From IMG/VR virus record IMGVR_UViG_3300037297_000066, positions 62,001-126,000 of that record: a stretch of 64,000 nt of DNA. One strand, written 5' to 3'. The notes under the pieces were generated by a model. That model did not search any database, was not told the origin of the DNA, and was given only the letters and a program-made list of their open reading frames with translations. Both the position numbers and the translations under genes were made by a program. Below are positions 37,643 to 46,954 of the stretch, in pieces; the stretch's first letter is position 1; every line of letters begins with the position of its first letter.

Positions 37643-39603
37643 GTCGAGGGAGGAAAATCCTCTCTCGGGAGTTCCAACCTCAGCATGCCTTAGCCGGCGA
37701 GGAAGACCAACACCAGGTCGAGGGAGGAAAATCCTCTCTCGGGAGTTCCAACTCGTCCCTGCCTCTCGTGAGTTGGGATGCACTGTGCGTCGAGGGAGGA
37801 AAATCCTCTCTCGGGAGTTCCAACGCACTAGCGTACGTGTCCTCGGTGGAGCAGGCGGAGGTCGAGGGAGGAAAATCCTCTCTCGGGAGTTCCAACACGA
37901 GGCTTCGGGCTCGCTGGTCCGGGCTGACGTTCGTCGAGGGAGGGTGATCCTCCCTCGGGAGTTCCAACACCGTTCCATCCCCCTGGTGAACCCAACACGG
38001 AACACGTCGAGGGAGAAAAATCCTCTCTCGGGAGTTCCAACGCACTCGTCCACTGCACCGATAGGGGGCTACCCGTATAGTCGAGGGAGGAAAATCCTCC
38101 CTCGGGAGTTCCAACGGCGAGGTCGAGGATCGCCCCCTGCACTACATCCGGGTCGAGGGAGGGGGATCCTCCCTCGGGAGTTCCAACGATGATCGAGATA
38201 TCCCGGGCCACCCTCAGACCAGCTGTCGAGGGAGGGGTTTCCTCCCTCGGGAGTTTCAAGCCACCATGGGTAGACGCGCCAAGCACGCAAGTCGAGGGAG
38301 GGGGATCCTCCCTCGGGAGTTCCAAGCACGTGCCCGGCACTGGCGACGATTCCCGCTTCGATGTCGAGGGAGGGCAATCCTCTCTCGGGAGTTCCAACAA
38401 TGCACCAGTCGTTGACGACGTTCGCTCCAGGTCGAGGGAGGGGGATCCTCCCTCGGGAGTTCCAACTCCTCCCAGCCCCTGAACTGGGCCTCCACTGCCT
38501 GCAGGTCGAGGGAGGGTCCTCCTCCCTCGGGAGTTCCAACCCGTCACCGCTCGGAGAGACGACCATCACCCAAAGGGTCGAGGGAGGGTGATCCTCCCTC
38601 GGGTGTTCCAAGTGGACGCTCCACCGAATCCACGCCACGAGCGAGTGAAGTCGAGGGAGGGGGATCCTCCCTCGGGAGTTCCAACTGCGGGATCTTTGAG
38701 AATGCGGGGGGTCTGTAGTCTGGTCGAGGGAGGGAAATCCTCTCTCGGGAGTTCCAACATCTCCATTCTTTCGGGTTTCGGATGTGAATCTCTTGGGTCG
38801 AGGGAGGGAAATCCTCTCTCGGGAGTTCCAACCTCACCTTGCGATGCCTGTCGGCCGTCACGAGGGCCATGTCGAGGGAGGGAAATCCTCTCTCGGGAGT
38901 TCCAAGATCTGGCTCTTCGCCCCGGACTTCCTGGTACTGAGCGGTCGAGGGAGGGTTTTCCTTCCTCGGGAGTTCCAAGCAGAAGCTCGTGGACGCTGCC
39001 GTGCCTGCCGATCCCGTGTCGAGGGAGGGGGATCCTCCCTCGGGAGTTTCAATCAGACGGATGACGGTCGCGAGGCCCAGTCGAGGGAGGGTCCTCCTCC
39101 CTCGGGAGTTCTAAGAATCGGACGCTAGGGCCATCGCCCCCATAGCCTGTCGAGGGAGGGGTTTCCTCCCTCGGGAGTTTCAAGCCGGATGATGAGGCGA
39201 GGCTCATCAGCGATGTCGAGGGAGGGAGATCCTCCCTCGGGAGTTTCAACCGATCCCACCACCTCTGAGCGAGGCCGATGGCCATGTCGAGGGAGGGGTT
39301 TCCTCTTTCAGGAGTTCCAAGGCCGGGCCCGACGATCGCTTCGTGCAGCCCGACGACGGGTCGAGGGAGGGAAATCCTCTCTCGGGAGTTCCAAGCGAGA
39401 ACAACCGCATGTGGGTACCTGCCGCACCAGGGGTCGAGGGAGGGTCCTCCTCCCTCGGGAGTTCTAACGGGAGTTCAAAATCCACGGCCGGACGTTGTGA
39501 ATCGGTTGTCTGGTGCGTCGAGGGAGGGTGATCCTCCCTCGGGAGTTTCAATCAAGGCTTTTCGCTAATCGAGAGGGATCATTTCCCTCTCGGGAGTTTC
39601 AAT
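37643..39603 (+). CRISPR. CRISPR array 1: about 28 repeats (27 plus 1 degenerate terminal), ~36 nt, unique spacers mostly ~35-38 nt
   Basis: Consensus GTCGAGGGAGG-N5-CCTC(C/T)CTCGGGAGTT(C/T)CAA(C/G); ~73 nt period; degenerate repeat at the right end defines the trailer. Confidence 0.97.
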
Positions 39604-39709
39604 AAGCGATGCTGTCTCGTAAGTTGCTGAAATAACTAGACTACCCAAAAAAGTGTACGTTTAGAGAAAACCCTTGGAAGAATTCGTTCTAGTTGGTGTA
39701 CGGTAGGGC

Positions 39710-40393
39710 ATGCCTACCCCCCCACTAAAACGAGTCTACGTCAGAGCCTGGGCTGAGCTGGGTTGTTGGAACACTCTTTCCCAGCAAGCCGAGCGCATCT
39801 CCAACATCGTACCCACTCATTCGGCCGTTCGAGGTTTTCTACGATCCATCCTTGGGAAATGGGAAACCGACTACCAGGTCCACGAATGTTGGTTGCTCCG
39901 GGAGCCGGAGTTGACCTCCCATGTCGTTAGCGAGGTCAACTTCAAGCCTACGGTCAACCCGCAAAAGCCCGTTCACATTGAAGGGGCTCGCATCATGCGC
40001 ACGAACACGTGCTTGAGAAACCCGGACTATATGTTCGTGTTCACCCCCATGCGTAGTTGGTGGGGAGACAAGGTCTTCCAAAAGGATCCCACCGAGACTC
40101 ACGAAAAGAACTGGAACATGTCAGTGAGGCGGTTGAAGCACGGTAAGCAACACCGACCGCCCTACTTTGGGATGAGCGACTACCCCGCCTCCTATGAATA
40201 CGTTGACAAGCCTCAACTCAAGCCTGTTCCTGTCAACCGAAACCTCGGCATCATGTACTGGGGGATCGACTACGCAGATCCTCAAGAACCCAGCTACTAC
40301 ACCGCCCTGAGCGTTGTGGACGGTGTAGTCCGTTACCCAACGGTAGAAGAAGTCCGGAAGAACGGCCTCAAATTGACGGATAGGCGATCATGA
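39710..40393 (+). CDS. cas5: Type I-C Cas5 (Cas5d/Cas5c)
   Basis: ERISNIVPTHSAVRGFLRSILGK, SEV, RTNTCLRNPDY, RRLKHG...PYFG, NLGIMYWGIDY, VVDGVVRYP match the Cas5c pattern. Confidence 0.9.
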   Translation: MPTPPLKRVYVRAWAELGCWNTLSQQAERISNIVPTHSAVRGFLRSILGKWETDYQVHECWLLREPELTSHVVSEVNFKPTVNPQKPVHIEGARIMRTNTCLRNPDYMFVFTPMRSWWGDKVFQKDPTETHEKNWNMSVRRLKHGKQHRPPYFGMSDYPASYEYVDKPQLKPVPVNRNLGIMYWGIDYADPQEPSYYTALSVVDGVVRYPTVEEVRKNGLKLTDRRS

Positions 40394-42246
40394 TCACAGC
40401 TCTCTACTCGTTTGGTAAGAACCGGGGGCTGGGATTCGATCCCTACTTCCCCCTGAAGCCCCACTACTACCTTCGACTATCTTCTTCGGGATCCGTGCGA
40501 ATCGAACCCATCAAGGAACCTGAGATCCGCCTCCCAGAGAAGTCCGGACGAAGCAGCAACATCGAGGCCAACTTCCTGTACGACACGGCCATGTACGCTC
40601 TGGCCTTCAACGCCATCCGCAAAGAGCGCTTGCTGACTCAGTTCCTGACTTTTTGGGGCAAGACCCTGGAACATCTGACCAACTGCGAAGACGTGGAAGC
40701 ACTGAAAGCCGTGAAGGCATTCTGCGACCAACTGGCCTTGTCAGAAATCTGCTCCGCCGTGAGTCAATGGGAAAAGAGCTCCAAGAAGCGGCTAGTGAGC
40801 CTTAAAGGCCCGAACCGTATCTCGGGTCTTGCTGAGATCCGGAAGGGACTCTCCGAGGTGGCTTTGGAGACCTTCGAAAGTCTAGCCAGTGGAAAACCCC
40901 CGGCCCCCATTCAAAAGGCCATAGGAGATCTGGCTATAGAAGGAGAGCAGTGGGTCATACTGACTTTGGAGGATGACAACACGCCCCTAGCGCTCAGGCC
41001 CAAGCCTTCTGAGCTGTGGGTTCAGCTCCAAAAGCCTACTGACGACAAGCCCACCAGCACCTGCTTGCTCACAGGGAAACCTTGTAAACCAGTCCGACTA
41101 CACCGGGCTCTCAAGGGTGTACCTGGTGGGGACAAAGGGATTCCTCTCATCTCGTTCGAGCAAGAAGTGACCCGCTACAAGGGCCGCAAGAAGGAAGACA
41201 ACTTCCCCATCAGTCGAGAAGCTCACGACACGTATGTAGCGGCCTTCCGGCACATTGTAGATCAGGGGAATGTCTTCGTGAGCATCAACTCCTGCCTCTT
41301 GGTATGGGTAGATGAGGCCGAGCATGACGAGCTCCTAACCCCCCTGCTGACGGTCCTACGATCCAAGGAAAAGGAGGAGGTCAAAGCAGCCTGGGACGAA
41401 GTAGAACGTCTAGACAGCGACGTCACGGTGCATCTGGCCATGCTTCGTAGCTCCAAGGGCCGCATCTCCATCCTAGGCTATCACACGCTTTCCGTGAATC
41501 AGTTGAGGGCCAACCTTCTCCGATTCCACGAAGAGTTCTCCGAGTTCCCAGAGTACACCCCAAGAGGGTTATTTTCCTGGATGCTCAAGAAGAACATCAA
41601 GGGCAAGGACAAGGAAACAGCCAAGCTCTACACCATGGTGACTTTGGCCGTAGTACTAGGGACTCCTTACCCGTTACAGATCTTCCCTAGCCTCATCCAG
41701 TGGATCAAGAACACGGACAGTGCCCTGGACTTGTTCTTGCATCTTACCTGGCTGCGAGCCTACGTCTGCAGGGACTACGGTATTAACCCGCCTCCTATCA
41801 AAAACCCCTTTCAAAAGGAGCCCCTCGTGTGCGAACCACGCATTGAAGAGAACGTCAACCTCAACGAAACCGACATCGGATACAACCTTGGAAGACTGGT
41901 CGCCTTAGACTGCCATCTGCGCAGAATGACCGGCATCAGTGTCAGTGAGATTTCCGAGGTACGTTCAGCCACCAACAACCCTCACATGTACATCAGCCGG
42001 AGCTACCGGATGCTCCCCACGCTGGAGAAGCTGGAGAAGAAGGGATGGGGGAAGCCTCTCAGGGAGATGCGTGAAGAGGTCAAGGCCAAACTTGCTCCTC
42101 TCGTGGCTACTCCCATTCGTCTAACTCTCCTTGAAGAGTCCAGCTTTCAGATGGCCTTCACGTACCAGAAGACCTACCTTCGCCGCTACAACGCTTGGAG
42201 GAAGCAGCAGTACAAGGCCGCCAAGGCTGCTGAGGAAGAGAACTGA
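40390..42246 (+). CDS. cas8c: Type I-C large subunit Cas8c (Csd1)
   Basis: RSSNIEANFLYD, CLLTGK...RLHRALKGV...LISFE...NFPIS, KGRISI, GYNLGRLVAL; ATGA-coupled to cas5. Confidence 0.88.
   Translation: MITALYSFGKNRGLGFDPYFPLKPHYYLRLSSSGSVRIEPIKEPEIRLPEKSGRSSNIEANFLYDTAMYALAFNAIRKERLLTQFLTFWGKTLEHLTNCEDVEALKAVKAFCDQLALSEICSAVSQWEKSSKKRLVSLKGPNRISGLAEIRKGLSEVALETFESLASGKPPAPIQKAIGDLAIEGEQWVILTLEDDNTPLALRPKPSELWVQLQKPTDDKPTSTCLLTGKPCKPVRLHRALKGVPGGDKGIPLISFEQEVTRYKGRKKEDNFPISREAHDTYVAAFRHIVDQGNVFVSINSCLLVWVDEAEHDELLTPLLTVLRSKEKEEVKAAWDEVERLDSDVTVHLAMLRSSKGRISILGYHTLSVNQLRANLLRFHEEFSEFPEYTPRGLFSWMLKKNIKGKDKETAKLYTMVTLAVVLGTPYPLQIFPSLIQWIKNTDSALDLFLHLTWLRAYVCRDYGINPPPIKNPFQKEPLVCEPRIEENVNLNETDIGYNLGRLVALDCHLRRMTGISVSEISEVRSATNNPHMYISRSYRMLPTLEKLEKKGWGKPLREMREEVKAKLAPLVATPIRLTLLEESSFQMAFTYQKTYLRRYNAWRKQQYKAAKAAEEEN
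41827..42246 (+). CDS. cas11: Putative internally translated Cas11c (139 aa)
   Basis: In-frame GTG with AAGGAG 6 nt upstream, shortly before the GYNLGRL helix. Confidence 0.55.
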   Translation: MCEPRIEENVNLNETDIGYNLGRLVALDCHLRRMTGISVSEISEVRSATNNPHMYISRSYRMLPTLEKLEKKGWGKPLREMREEVKAKLAPLVATPIRLTLLEESSFQMAFTYQKTYLRRYNAWRKQQYKAAKAAEEEN

Positions 42247-42378
42247 TCGTTCAGACAACGGAACGCAGACTTTTGCCGAAAAGTACCGCTACAAGGGTTG
42301 ATTAACCCTCAGGTACTTCAGGTATCAGGAGGTATCTCCTGGGAGTCATCTAGATCGAAATCAAAACAGGAGGGCCTC

Positions 42379-43386
42379 ATGGCTCATTCATCGTATCCAA
42401 AAAACAATGACACCAACGTTTCTATCGTCCCCAACCGAATGGAGATCGTGACTCTCACGGAATATCGGGACGGCACTCCCCAACTGGCGCCTGACGAAAA
42501 CGGCACTCGTCAGGATCCCTTCTCTGGTCAAGGCTTGATCACGGGAGTGGGTACCAAGCGCAAGATTCGGGACTTCGCAGCCCTGCTCGGCCAGTCTCTC
42601 TACGTGGCCCGTCGAGCCGTCTTGAGCCACGCCGTCAACGAAGCAGCTCAAGCCCTGGGGGTGGAAGCCGATGCCAACCAGGAGGAAGAAAGCCCTCCCA
42701 TCGACGAGGACAAGGAAACCGAGCCCGAGCCCAAGAGCAAGGGCAAGAGCAAGGGCAAGAGCAAGGCCAAGGGCAAGGCCAAGAAGGAAAAGAACAAGGA
42801 GCTCGATTACGAAGTTGCCCTGAAGGTCAGGGATGAACTGTGCCGACGGTACTGGGACATCCGGGCATTTGGGGCCGTTCTGTGCAGCCCCGTGAACATC
42901 CCCGTTCGAGGGCCTCTCCAAGTTGGGATGGCCAGGTCTGTGGATCCGATCAACCCCCTCACGCTCTCTATCACCCGGGTCGCTGTGGCTACGGACCGAG
43001 AAGCGGAGGAGCAGAAAGGGCGCAACCACACGATGGGCACCCAGACGGTCGTTCCCTACGGGGTCTACCAGCAACACCACTACTACAACCCCCACGACGC
43101 CGAGGTCACGGGCTTCTCCCAGGAAGACTTTGAGATCTACCTCAGGGCTCTCAGGGAGATGCATGACCACACCAGGTCATGCATGCGGACTGAGGTGGTT
43201 CCTAGGAAGATCGTCATCTTCCGGCACAGCTGCCCTTTGGGCAACGCTCCCAGCCACAAGCTGTTCGAGTTGGTCAAGTTGACCAAGAAGCCGGGGGTTC
43301 CTACCCCCACCTGTTGGGAGGACTACGAGTTCAGCGTGGACGTAGAAAATCTACCTGAAGGGGTGGAAATCGAAGTCATCGGCTGA
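42379..43386 (+). CDS. cas7: Type I-C Cas7 (Csd2)
   Basis: ITGVGTKRKIRD, YWDIRAFGAV, VRGPLQV, SITRVAV, TMG...VPYGVY, TGFSQED, LGNAPSHKLF; GGAGG RBS before ATG 42379. Confidence 0.92.
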   Translation: MAHSSYPKNNDTNVSIVPNRMEIVTLTEYRDGTPQLAPDENGTRQDPFSGQGLITGVGTKRKIRDFAALLGQSLYVARRAVLSHAVNEAAQALGVEADANQEEESPPIDEDKETEPEPKSKGKSKGKSKAKGKAKKEKNKELDYEVALKVRDELCRRYWDIRAFGAVLCSPVNIPVRGPLQVGMARSVDPINPLTLSITRVAVATDREAEEQKGRNHTMGTQTVVPYGVYQQHHYYNPHDAEVTGFSQEDFEIYLRALREMHDHTRSCMRTEVVPRKIVIFRHSCPLGNAPSHKLFELVKLTKKPGVPTPTCWEDYEFSVDVENLPEGVEIEVIG

Positions 43387-43395
43387 CCCCGTGGT

Positions 43396-43433
43396 GTATG
43401 GTGGGAGAGACGAGAAAGCCTCTCCCACCATAC
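43396..43433. other. Perfect 14-bp inverted repeat between cas7 and the helicase
   Basis: GTATGGTGGGAGAG-N10-CTCTCCCACCATAC; no U-tract. Confidence 0.85.
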
Positions 43434-43445
43434 CAGGTCCTAGAA

Positions 43446-45470
43446 ATGCCTAGAAGAATCACTCTCCACAACTTCCAGAGCAGAGACGCTAACCGCCTCT
43501 GCCCTCGGTTCGTTGACCACAAGGTCTTCGCTATCATCTACGCTACTGGAGCAGGCAAGACCTTGGAGATAAGGGCCATCGTTTCTAGGCTGTACCACCA
43601 CCGATACGATCCTGAATACAAGGGGTTCAGTTTCACTCACTGTATTTTTGCGGCCCCCCAACGAGTCATCCGAGACAACTTCATTGAGGACATCTCCGAA
43701 CTGGTGGACGGAAACCTAGTCTACCCCTGTCTCAATGTCGTCACCAACGTAAGTCGAGAGGACCTGGAAAGGTTCCTGGGGCAACGCTGGACCGTAGACC
43801 GTATGTGTATGGCGGTCACCCACAGTATCATCGTAAGGCTGATCCCATGGTTGGAAGAGGCCCTGCGTCAAGACCCTAGCTTTCTCGTGGGAAAAATCCT
43901 GGTTATAGACGAAGCTCACCACATTCCGGCCAAGAGGCTGGCCCAACTGTGTCGGTTATGGAAAGACCACGGTGGACATCTGGTACTCCTGACCGCCACC
44001 CCCAGCCATCCTGACATCGAAAAAGTCATCCCTGACAATGCCATCGTAGCTTGCAGAACTCTGCCGGAGCAGATGGAAGGCGGAAAGTACGCCCCCCAGA
44101 TCCTTGAGACCGGTATCATCAACGTCACCGGAGAGGGGTACTCGGACAAGGAGATGTGTGGGATCCCCGTAGACGCAGACACCGCCATTCAGGAGATTGT
44201 AGACGACTACGAAAAGCAATGCCTGGAAGCCAAATGCAAGCCTCGGGCCCTGGTAATCATCCGACCTCGTAAGACCAGAGAAGAGAACCGGAAGATCATT
44301 GAGCGCTTCCTAGAGTGCTTTGAAGCGAAGGGGGACCTGAACGGTCTCGGGAAGATCCGGCCCGTAGTTGGAGTAGGGGCACACAAGTCGGTTATAGGGG
44401 ATGTGTCTGACTGCATCGCTCACGACAAAGCGATTCATTCAGGGGAGCAATGCACCTGCTCGAAGTGCCGAGGGCTCCCGTACCGGAGACTGACCTTCAA
44501 AGACTCCAACTACGATGTCCTGATTCTGATTGGCCGAGGACGAGAAGGGCTGGATACCGTTCTAGCCAGTCACATGTACCTGTTCGGCCTATGCCACTTC
44601 TTGCCTTCGGTGGGGCAGCTTCTGGGACGCATTATGCGTTGGCGTAAAGAGGTTCTCGACTACCCTGACAAGTGGCGGAACAGATCCTACCTCCGCATCA
44701 TCACGGCCGGAGTCAAAAATCTGGCAGCCCACAGTCAGCAGGTACTGTTGACTATGCACTACCTCAACCTCCTAGGCTTGCAACAGTGGAGTGTCCTGAG
44801 CCTAGTCAGCCGAATTGTTGACAAGATGGCTTCAAAGGCAGGCCACCCTCGACTCGGTGGAAAGCGTATTCCCTACATCACCTTGGAGAAGCGAGCCGCC
44901 ATTCTCACCTACCATAGTGAGATGATGAAGTGGTACAACGAAGGCTCTTCTCAGAATGAGCGAAATCACGGGGCCCCCCTCAACAAAGTACTGACTCGTA
45001 ATGAGCAGGCTAAGCTCACACTCAGTAGGATAGAGTTGGGTTGCCTCAGGCTAAAAGGAGCCCCTAAGGACAAGATCACCGAAGCAGAGATCCTCTTGGT
45101 CCTCACTGACCTTGAAGCCTCCTTCCACCGTGAGCAAAAAGAGGCCCTCCAAAGAGAGTTGTGGAAAGCCTTGGAAGAGCTGTTGCCCGAGGAAGGGGTG
45201 ATGAGTGCCGTCAACAGAGCTCTGGTTCAAGTGGCCTCCTCATTCCGAGAAGCCACTCTAAGCTACTCCCTGCTTGCCAGCCGGGTTCAACAGGAAATCC
45301 TGAGCTTGACTACTGAGCATATTGAAGACTTCTCAGCCCGCTTGGACGAGGCCCTCAAGAACAGCACGGCTCAAGCAGAAAAGAAACTGGAGACCCGCTA
45401 CGGGTACTCCCCCGGAACCTTGGAGACGTTCCGAAGAACCATAGCCAACCACCCGCCGGGTGTAAGATGA
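43446..45470 (+). CDS. SF2 DEAH helicase, restriction-enzyme/RadD-like rather than Cas3; no HD domain
   Basis: YATGAGKT ~30 aa from the start, IDEAHH, LTATP, GREGLD, QLLGRIMR; Cys-rich insert CTCSKC. The alternative start 43398 lies inside the hairpin. Confidence 0.85.
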   Translation: MPRRITLHNFQSRDANRLCPRFVDHKVFAIIYATGAGKTLEIRAIVSRLYHHRYDPEYKGFSFTHCIFAAPQRVIRDNFIEDISELVDGNLVYPCLNVVTNVSREDLERFLGQRWTVDRMCMAVTHSIIVRLIPWLEEALRQDPSFLVGKILVIDEAHHIPAKRLAQLCRLWKDHGGHLVLLTATPSHPDIEKVIPDNAIVACRTLPEQMEGGKYAPQILETGIINVTGEGYSDKEMCGIPVDADTAIQEIVDDYEKQCLEAKCKPRALVIIRPRKTREENRKIIERFLECFEAKGDLNGLGKIRPVVGVGAHKSVIGDVSDCIAHDKAIHSGEQCTCSKCRGLPYRRLTFKDSNYDVLILIGRGREGLDTVLASHMYLFGLCHFLPSVGQLLGRIMRWRKEVLDYPDKWRNRSYLRIITAGVKNLAAHSQQVLLTMHYLNLLGLQQWSVLSLVSRIVDKMASKAGHPRLGGKRIPYITLEKRAAILTYHSEMMKWYNEGSSQNERNHGAPLNKVLTRNEQAKLTLSRIELGCLRLKGAPKDKITEAEILLVLTDLEASFHREQKEALQRELWKALEELLPEEGVMSAVNRALVQVASSFREATLSYSLLASRVQQEILSLTTEHIEDFSARLDEALKNSTAQAEKKLETRYGYSPGTLETFRRTIANHPPGVR

Positions 45471-46183
45471 ACCTTGTAAAATTCAACAAACAGCCCTGGA
45501 GGTTGCGAACCTTTCAGAGCATGCGTAGTGAAAGCAGATTGTGGGATGGGTTTAAGCTGCGAGGGATCTACGCAGAGATGACAGCTCTTTCTGGCCACGA
45601 AATGTACCTCATCCTAAAAGAACACAAGGCTCTTGAAAAGCCTTACTACTTCGTAGGCTCTGATCTCAATGTGAAAGTCTACGTAGAACTCAGGGAAGAC
45701 AAGGAACGTGGGAAAATCCCGTGGACGGTAGCCTTCGGGGACATCATTCAAGTAGTCCAACAGATCATCCACAACAAGGATGGCCTCCCTGTTGCCGTTC
45801 TGAACATGGATGGGTTTGATCAGGTAGGGGGAAGCAAGTGGTGGAGTGAGACGGCCTCCCCCCTCGTAGAGATTGTCGAGGATTCCGTCAGGCGTCTAGG
45901 CAGTTTCATGTTGATTCTCAACAAGACCCTCGACACCCGAACCAAGAGTGATCCACTAGAGGCTTTGAGAACCCAGACGGCCCTCCTTTGCAAGGTCTTC
46001 GGCAAACGTTGGCCCTTGAGTCATAGCGACATCGTAACAGACATCCCCCCAGAAGTAGCCAACCGCAGCTTCGTAGGAGACGTGGGCGCCTTCCAGATCT
46101 ACAAGAGCAAAGGACGCCAGCTTCGAATGGCTACCTTGAGACTGGCTTTTCAACCCAGAAGAATTGTGGCCAAGCTTAGCTAG
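45467..46183 (+). CDS. Hypothetical, possible class I SAM-dependent methyltransferase-like fold
   Basis: Strand order YAEMTALSG / FVGSDLN / AFGDI / VLNMDGF mirrors motifs I-IV; ATGA-coupled to the helicase. Confidence 0.5.
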   Translation: MNLVKFNKQPWRLRTFQSMRSESRLWDGFKLRGIYAEMTALSGHEMYLILKEHKALEKPYYFVGSDLNVKVYVELREDKERGKIPWTVAFGDIIQVVQQIIHNKDGLPVAVLNMDGFDQVGGSKWWSETASPLVEIVEDSVRRLGSFMLILNKTLDTRTKSDPLEALRTQTALLCKVFGKRWPLSHSDIVTDIPPEVANRSFVGDVGAFQIYKSKGRQLRMATLRLAFQPRRIVAKLS

Positions 46184-46211
46184 TAACCCAACCCATAACC
46201 AGAGGAATCCG

Positions 46212-46421
46212 ATGTCCAAATCCAAAGACAGCTTCAACTCCGACGTCGTTCTCACGTTCGCCCAAAAGGCCAAGCGCTTCACGACTCAAGGTGTAGCAGG
46301 ACGCTTCAAGGTCCCCAAGCAGAGGGCCGCAGCGTGTATCGCCATCCTTCGTATCAAGGAAGTGGTCGAGTCCGACGGCAAGACCAGAGACGGCGACAGC
46401 AAGTGGGTCTACTGCGGGTAA
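46212..46421 (+). CDS. Small winged-helix DNA-binding-like protein
   Basis: AGAGGA RBS; FTTQGVAGRFKVPKQRAAACIAILRIKEVV plus a C-terminal beta hairpin. Confidence 0.55.
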   Translation: MSKSKDSFNSDVVLTFAQKAKRFTTQGVAGRFKVPKQRAAACIAILRIKEVVESDGKTRDGDSKWVYCG

Positions 46422-46714
46422 TTAGGCTCCACCATCGAAAACCTGTCCCGATCTTGATGGGGCATGACGCCCAAAAGGCGTTCCCAAGCTGTACGGGGAA
46501 CCTCTGGCTTCTTAGGTAAAGGCGTAGGAGCCGGAGGGAGCCCCGCTGATAGCCTTTTGTTCCGGTGGTACTCGTTGTCCACCCAGGACACGAAACGCCT
46601 TAGGGAGGGCTCCAGACGGTGTTCTCGGAGCTTTTCTCGGGCTTCGAACAAGAGACAGACGATGTCCTTCTGTTCTCGAAGGGTCAGTTGGCTAAACATG
46701 TAGGATAACGACAT
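46409..46714 (-). CDS. Hypothetical with W-tag (RTAWERLL)
   Basis: GTG-TAGGTA-N5-ATG start. Confidence 0.6.
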   Translation of the reverse strand: MSLSYMFSQLTLREQKDIVCLLFEAREKLREHRLEPSLRRFVSWVDNEYHRNKRLSAGLPPAPTPLPKKPEVPRTAWERLLGVMPHQDRDRFSMVEPNYPQ

Positions 46715-46773
46715 ACCCTTACCTACACTGGCCTACACTTAGTGTCAAGTCCTACTTGTGGTACTCTCAGGGC

Positions 46774-46947
46774 ATGAAGATAGACGGCAAACAGCTATGT
46801 CTGGCCTGCGGGACGAACGTGGCCACCCGGATGGACGGGACAGTCCCCCTCTGTGACTCGTGTGCAAGTCACGTCACAGACCGACGAGGGGTCCGATTCG
46901 ACAACCCTCGCCTCACGAAGGACGAAATTCCTCCAAACGTTCACTAG
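46774..46947 (+). CDS. Small Zn-finger protein
   Basis: CLAC...CDSC; TG-G-TACTCT-N6-ATG. Confidence 0.55.
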   Translation: MKIDGKQLCLACGTNVATRMDGTVPLCDSCASHVTDRRGVRFDNPRLTKDEIPPNVH

Positions 46948-46954
46948 GTGGTTT

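Noticed and set aside
37490-39568. Many overlapping 60-240 aa ORFs across array 1 (LELPRED..., VEGG..., SREG... repeats)
   Set aside because: They are translations of the CRISPR repeat, which lacks stops in several frames; no evidence they are genes.
39604-39694. AT-richer segment right of array 1 as the true leader (arrays on the - strand)
   Set aside because: Degenerate repeats and short spacers lie at the right ends, the left flank is duplicated with a promoter motif, and + orientation gives the Cas5c-type GU/stem/11-nt handle geometry. This segment is better read as the cas5 upstream region.
43398-45470. Calling the helicase cas3
   Set aside because: No HD domain, and the motif III/V/VI wording fits restriction/RadD-type SF2 helicases better; position alone is not sufficient.
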